Source: a virus. From it: DNA of 64,000 nt. Every line of letters begins with the position of its first letter. Position 1 is the first letter of the stretch. Where the stretch lies: IMG/VR virus record IMGVR_UViG_3300030497_000009; one strand, written 5' to 3'. The translations under genes were made by a program, and so were the position numbers. Below the pieces are notes generated by a model that did no database searches, had not been told where the DNA came from, and was given only the letters and a program-made list of their open reading frames with translations. This document shows, in pieces, positions 59,992 through 64,000 of this stretch.

Positions 59992-62604
59992 ATGGCACCA
60001 AGAAATGGATTAGTACCCGTTCAGCGTACCGTAACACGTCATGGGGTAACGTTTCAAACTACAGTTTGGATTAAACCTAAACATTCTAACAGCGTTCAGC
60101 ATGGTAGTCACGTACAAGTACCAACTTGGAACTTTAGTTCTTCAGCTGACCTAAAGAATGAAGTTGACCGAATTAATAAAGTAAAAGACCGTTCAGAGCG
60201 TCGTATCCTGAAAGAAAACCTTCTTGACCATATCGAAAACCACATGGGCGTTAAGTGGCAAAAGGTAGCGGATAATGAAGACCGTGCGTTTGCGAGAAAC
60301 ACGATGAAAGCCCTTTCAGCTGCGAAGAAACATCTTGATAGCCAACCTGCTACTCCAGCGCAACCTGCCCCTTCTCAGCCGGCTCAACAGGCACCGGCTG
60401 GTAATGGTAAGATGGGTATTACGAAGCAACCAGGAAAAGATTACGTAATGGACAGAGATACATCGAAGAAGATGGCTCGTGACTTCCGTGACCAACACGG
60501 TATGGACGAAGTTGTTAAGATGCTAAAAGACAACGGGATTACGTGGAACGAAGTTCCTGATGCAGGTCCGAATAACATGCGTGCGTTACGTGCGTTAGCG
60601 AGCTTTATGCGTAAGGGTGGACAACTTGGAGCAACAGCGCAAGCTACACCTCAACAGAATCCAGCACAGCCGGCTCCGGTTTTAAATAACCCAAACCAAC
60701 CAATGCAAAAGAAATCGAAGTATGAAAAGGACTCGATTCAGCACGATTACGAACAAGCGAAACCTCATCATAAGCTTATTGGCTTGGCTACTGGGGTTAT
60801 GCCTTTAGATGATGAAACGGCTACGTATCTTAAAGGACTTATTGACACTGGCCAAATGGGTTTATTGGGTGAAGATGGCGGTGGAGCTGATTACAAACTT
60901 CCGAAAGCCCTTAATAACGAACTTGATCCTGTCATCAGTTCCATTAACAGAGGTGAAAATCATCTTGGTGACCAAGCTTCGTTCTTGTACGCGAAACAGA
61001 TGTTTGAGGGCACTCAATATGAAGCAAACTTCAAGGAATATGAAAAGAGCAGGGATAGCTTCAAGACTAAATACCGTGAAAAAGCCGATGAAATGATGAG
61101 TGAAGGTGTAAAGGGCATCGAAGCTTCCAAAAAACTTTTAGAAGCACTAAACGAAGTGGACAAAGACTGGCTTGACCTGTCAGGTGAAGATTTCCTTGAG
61201 GAACTCCATATTAAGATAGGCAACCTTAAAGGCAAAAGTGACACTGAGATTGATGAAGCTTGGGATAAGTATGGGATGGATGACCTTTTTGCGCAAGGGC
61301 GTACATTCATGGATAGCAACCATTCGATTATAGAAGTCTTAGTAAGAGCTGGGATAACAAACGCAAACGCGTTTAGTACTGTAGAGAGCATGCTAACTGG
61401 TCCTGGCCAAACCAACATGGCTTCTATTAGACAGGCGTTGGTTAGTGGTTCATTAACAAAACGACAAATCTTTGCACGTATGGAGAACGACATGGGTATG
61501 ACAATAAGCTTGAGAGGTTCTTCACAACCAATGACTAACAACCTTGCGAAACGTTGGAATACTGGAGCCACCGGTTTGCTACAACAAGCTGTTCATGAGC
61601 ACGTACACGGTCCTGTTACCAGTTTTTCAGGAAGTTCACAACCTATCCCATTTAAACAAGACGAGTTCTTAAAGATGTGTGATGAAGCACTTGCTGATTT
61701 AGCTCCAATGAAAACTCCGGAAGGTCAGCATGTAGAGTACAACATTCAAGTAGCTCGTGGACTTCGATACGCTTATGATTTTGGAAATATCAAAAGAGTT
61801 CCGCACACACCTGTGCCTATGGATGACTTTCTAAGTGGACGTAGTAATGAGAACATTATCAAAACGCACATTGGGGCTGAGCGTCAAAAGTCCGAGAAGT
61901 CTAAGCAGAATTACATTAACAAAGTTAAAGAGAAACAAAATAAAAACTTTGGCAAGATACTTCGTGATGGCGTTGACCCAACAAAAGTTGATTTCCCAGA
62001 TGCTGCTGACGTTAAAGAGGTTGTTAAAACAACCCTTATGAAAGTTGATGCTGCTGAAACGGCTAAAGTTGCGGCAAATGTAGCCCGTTCTCATGATAAC
62101 GCCAACCACGGCTCTTTCAGAACGAAGGTTCATGGGGTTTACCGTGTTAAACGTATTTCCTCCGAAGAAAAATATCAGAAGGTCAGCAAAGATATTGGTA
62201 ATGAAGGGTTTTATTATCATGGAACGTCTTTTGATACAGCACAAAAGATTCTAGGTATGACCGGTGGATTCAAAGTCTTCACAGCTGCTGACGGTAACAA
62301 AATTAAAGCTGGAAGTATGCTAGGCTACGGTATTTATCTTGCTAAACAGTCTTCTAAATCAATGCAGTATGTAGGCTCTGGTTTCCGTTCTGGAAGTCGT
62401 GGTGTACTATTCGTTTGTAAAGCGGCACTTGGTAATGTGGTTCAAACGCGTTCCCGTGGCTGTGCAGCCAACCAACCGATTATGAACCGTGCGTCTACAG
62501 ACACAGTCTTTATGGATAAGCCTGACGTTATCAACCCAGAGTGGGCTGTTAAACGAGCTGAGCAAGCTGTACCAAGACTTTGGATTGACGCAGAACGTGT
62601 CTGA
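59992..62604 (+). CDS. 870-aa multidomain protein with C-terminal PARP-like (H-Y-E) ADP-ribosyltransferase domain
   Basis: SHDNANHGSFRTKVHGVYRVKR..EEKY...GNEGFYYHGT ... GSMLGYGIYLA..SSKS.QY ... GVLFVCKAALG ... NPEW; two N-terminal copies of the shared module. Confidence 0.85.
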   Translation: MAPRNGLVPVQRTVTRHGVTFQTTVWIKPKHSNSVQHGSHVQVPTWNFSSSADLKNEVDRINKVKDRSERRILKENLLDHIENHMGVKWQKVADNEDRAFARNTMKALSAAKKHLDSQPATPAQPAPSQPAQQAPAGNGKMGITKQPGKDYVMDRDTSKKMARDFRDQHGMDEVVKMLKDNGITWNEVPDAGPNNMRALRALASFMRKGGQLGATAQATPQQNPAQPAPVLNNPNQPMQKKSKYEKDSIQHDYEQAKPHHKLIGLATGVMPLDDETATYLKGLIDTGQMGLLGEDGGGADYKLPKALNNELDPVISSINRGENHLGDQASFLYAKQMFEGTQYEANFKEYEKSRDSFKTKYREKADEMMSEGVKGIEASKKLLEALNEVDKDWLDLSGEDFLEELHIKIGNLKGKSDTEIDEAWDKYGMDDLFAQGRTFMDSNHSIIEVLVRAGITNANAFSTVESMLTGPGQTNMASIRQALVSGSLTKRQIFARMENDMGMTISLRGSSQPMTNNLAKRWNTGATGLLQQAVHEHVHGPVTSFSGSSQPIPFKQDEFLKMCDEALADLAPMKTPEGQHVEYNIQVARGLRYAYDFGNIKRVPHTPVPMDDFLSGRSNENIIKTHIGAERQKSEKSKQNYINKVKEKQNKNFGKILRDGVDPTKVDFPDAADVKEVVKTTLMKVDAAETAKVAANVARSHDNANHGSFRTKVHGVYRVKRISSEEKYQKVSKDIGNEGFYYHGTSFDTAQKILGMTGGFKVFTAADGNKIKAGSMLGYGIYLAKQSSKSMQYVGSGFRSGSRGVLFVCKAALGNVVQTRSRGCAANQPIMNRASTDTVFMDKPDVINPEWAVKRAEQAVPRLWIDAERV

Positions 62605-62626
62605 GGAATCTAAAGGAGGATAAATT

Positions 62627-64000
62627 ATGGGATTCATGGATAGAATTGTGGGCGCTTATAGAGCGCTCACTAAATCTCAAGAAGTTGGTCACATTTTAGG
62701 TGAACCATACGAAGGACAAGTTGATATCCAGAAAAGTGAACCAGCAAGAGAAATGAAAGCTCTCATGGAAGATCCTTTAGGTATGATTCAAGCCATGGGT
62801 TATAAAGATAGACAGTTTTCTTTGTCCTATGACATCTTACGTCGAATGGGCACGAAGGACGCTGTCATTTCTTCTATCATTACGACACGTGTAAATCAGG
62901 TGTCTTCTTTTACTGCTCCAGCCCGTTTTAGTAAAGACGGTCTTGGCTATGAAATTCGTTTACGAGATACGAATGAGACTCCATCGAAGAAAGACCAAGA
63001 GACGATGGTTGCTATTGAAGAGTTTCTTGAGAACACAGGTTTTGACAACGACAATGAGCGTGATGACTTTGACACATTCATTCGTAAGGTAGTGCGTGAC
63101 CGACTCATCTATGATCAAGTTTGTTTCGAGATTGTACCTGACCGAGTGGGAAGACCAGCTGAGTTCTACGCAGTTGATGCTTCAACTATTCGACTAGCTT
63201 CTGAGAAGTTACAGGAAGACAACCCACAACATATTGGGCTTAAAAAGAATGAAATGGTAAAATACGTTCAAGTCATTGACGGACGTTTACGCGCGTTCTT
63301 CACAGCAGACGAAATGGCGTTTGGTACAGCCAACCCAAGAACAGACATGTACATTAGTGGTTACGGATTCTCAGAGTTAGAAATGCTTATTCATCAAGTA
63401 ACGTCTCACTTATGGGCAGAAGAGTATAACAGCCGTTTCTTCTCTCAAGGTGGTACAACGAAAGGTATCTTGAACTTTAAGGGTACGGCTAACGCACCTA
63501 TTAGCCCACAGCAACTTGATTCATTTAAACGTCAGTGGTTGTCACAAGTATCTGGTATGACTGGCGCTTGGAAAACGCCTGTTGTTTCGGTTGACGGACT
63601 AGAGTACATTAACGTTTCCCAGTCCAACCGTGAAATGGAATTTGAGAAGTGGATGAACTATCTTATTAACGTAGCTTGTGCGGTTTACCAAATCGATCCT
63701 GCTGAGATTAACTTCCCTAACCGTGGTGGCGCTGGAAACTCTGGTGGTGGTGGTTTAGGAAATGGCGGTATTGAAGACCGTGTTGAGCACTCAAAGGATA
63801 AAGGCTTACGCCCGTTGCTACGTTTTATCGAAGCACTCATCAATAAAAACATTGTTTCAAAGTTTGACCAACGTTATGTTTTCTCATTCAGTGGTCTTGA
63901 TACAAAGTCTGAGAAAGAGGTTGTGGAGTTAGATGAGAAGCGCGTTAAGGTCTACAAGACTGTTAACGAAATCCGTAAGGAGCAGGGACTTCCAAAACTA
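62627..64000 (+). CDS. Portal protein (SPO1/Twort-like), 3'-truncated by window edge
   Basis: AAAGGAGG RBS; IITTRVNQV, GLGYEIRLRD, RDDFDTFIRKVVRDRLIYDQV.FE, VDASTI, GYGFSELE, RFFSQGGTTKGIL, EFEKWMNYLIN...IDPAEINFPNRGG, SKDKGLRPLLRFIE. Confidence 0.95.
   Translation, partial: MGFMDRIVGAYRALTKSQEVGHILGEPYEGQVDIQKSEPAREMKALMEDPLGMIQAMGYKDRQFSLSYDILRRMGTKDAVISSIITTRVNQVSSFTAPARFSKDGLGYEIRLRDTNETPSKKDQETMVAIEEFLENTGFDNDNERDDFDTFIRKVVRDRLIYDQVCFEIVPDRVGRPAEFYAVDASTIRLASEKLQEDNPQHIGLKKNEMVKYVQVIDGRLRAFFTADEMAFGTANPRTDMYISGYGFSELEMLIHQVTSHLWAEEYNSRFFSQGGTTKGILNFKGTANAPISPQQLDSFKRQWLSQVSGMTGAWKTPVVSVDGLEYINVSQSNREMEFEKWMNYLINVACAVYQIDPAEINFPNRGGAGNSGGGGLGNGGIEDRVEHSKDKGLRPLLRFIEALINKNIVSKFDQRYVFSFSGLDTKSEKEVVELDEKRVKVYKTVNEIRKEQGLPKL

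Noticed and set aside
59992-62604. Calling the ART a T4 Alt/Mod or VIP2-like toxin
   Set aside because: It has HGT / GIY / Y / E (H-Y-E clade) motifs, not the R-S-E set.
1-64000. CRISPR array, integrase/att site, IS element or rRNA
   Set aside because: No regularly spaced repeat-spacer units, no recombinase or transposase motifs, no rRNA-like sequence; the dispersed repeats are explained as promoters, terminators or the origin-like element.

Overview
This window is part of a large, gene-dense tailed phage genome with a Bacillus-type host. The terminase large subunit (42823-44466) and portal (from 62627, runs off the end) resemble those of SPO1/Twort-like (Herelleviridae-like) phages; this is recognised by eye, not by a database search. 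I saw no integrase, tRNA, rRNA or CRISPR array. The window contains a TerD-TerD-TerC cluster, host-derived regulators (SpoIIID, YpiB/ReoY, YozD, two sigma-70-type factors with extra domains, PhoH), surface-acting enzymes (poly-gamma-glutamate hydrolase, two beta-helix tailspike-like proteins, an M14 peptidase), a minus-strand GT2 synthase + GH16 lipoprotein operon, a lysis module and an Fpg glycosylase. Three promoter classes recur: sigmaA-type early promoters with a conserved leader, a GGAGTA-N18-TTTTATTAG class, and an AGATATTACTT late-like class. A ~300-bp structured non-coding element occurs twice. The most striking observation is a ~45-aa module shared by unrelated enzymes in the 18 kb between terminase and portal (a GNAT, an SNF2 helicase, a PARP-like ADP-ribosyltransferase, and one small protein), which I interpret as a candidate capsid-cargo targeting tag. 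All family assignments come from motif recognition and need HMM or structure confirmation.
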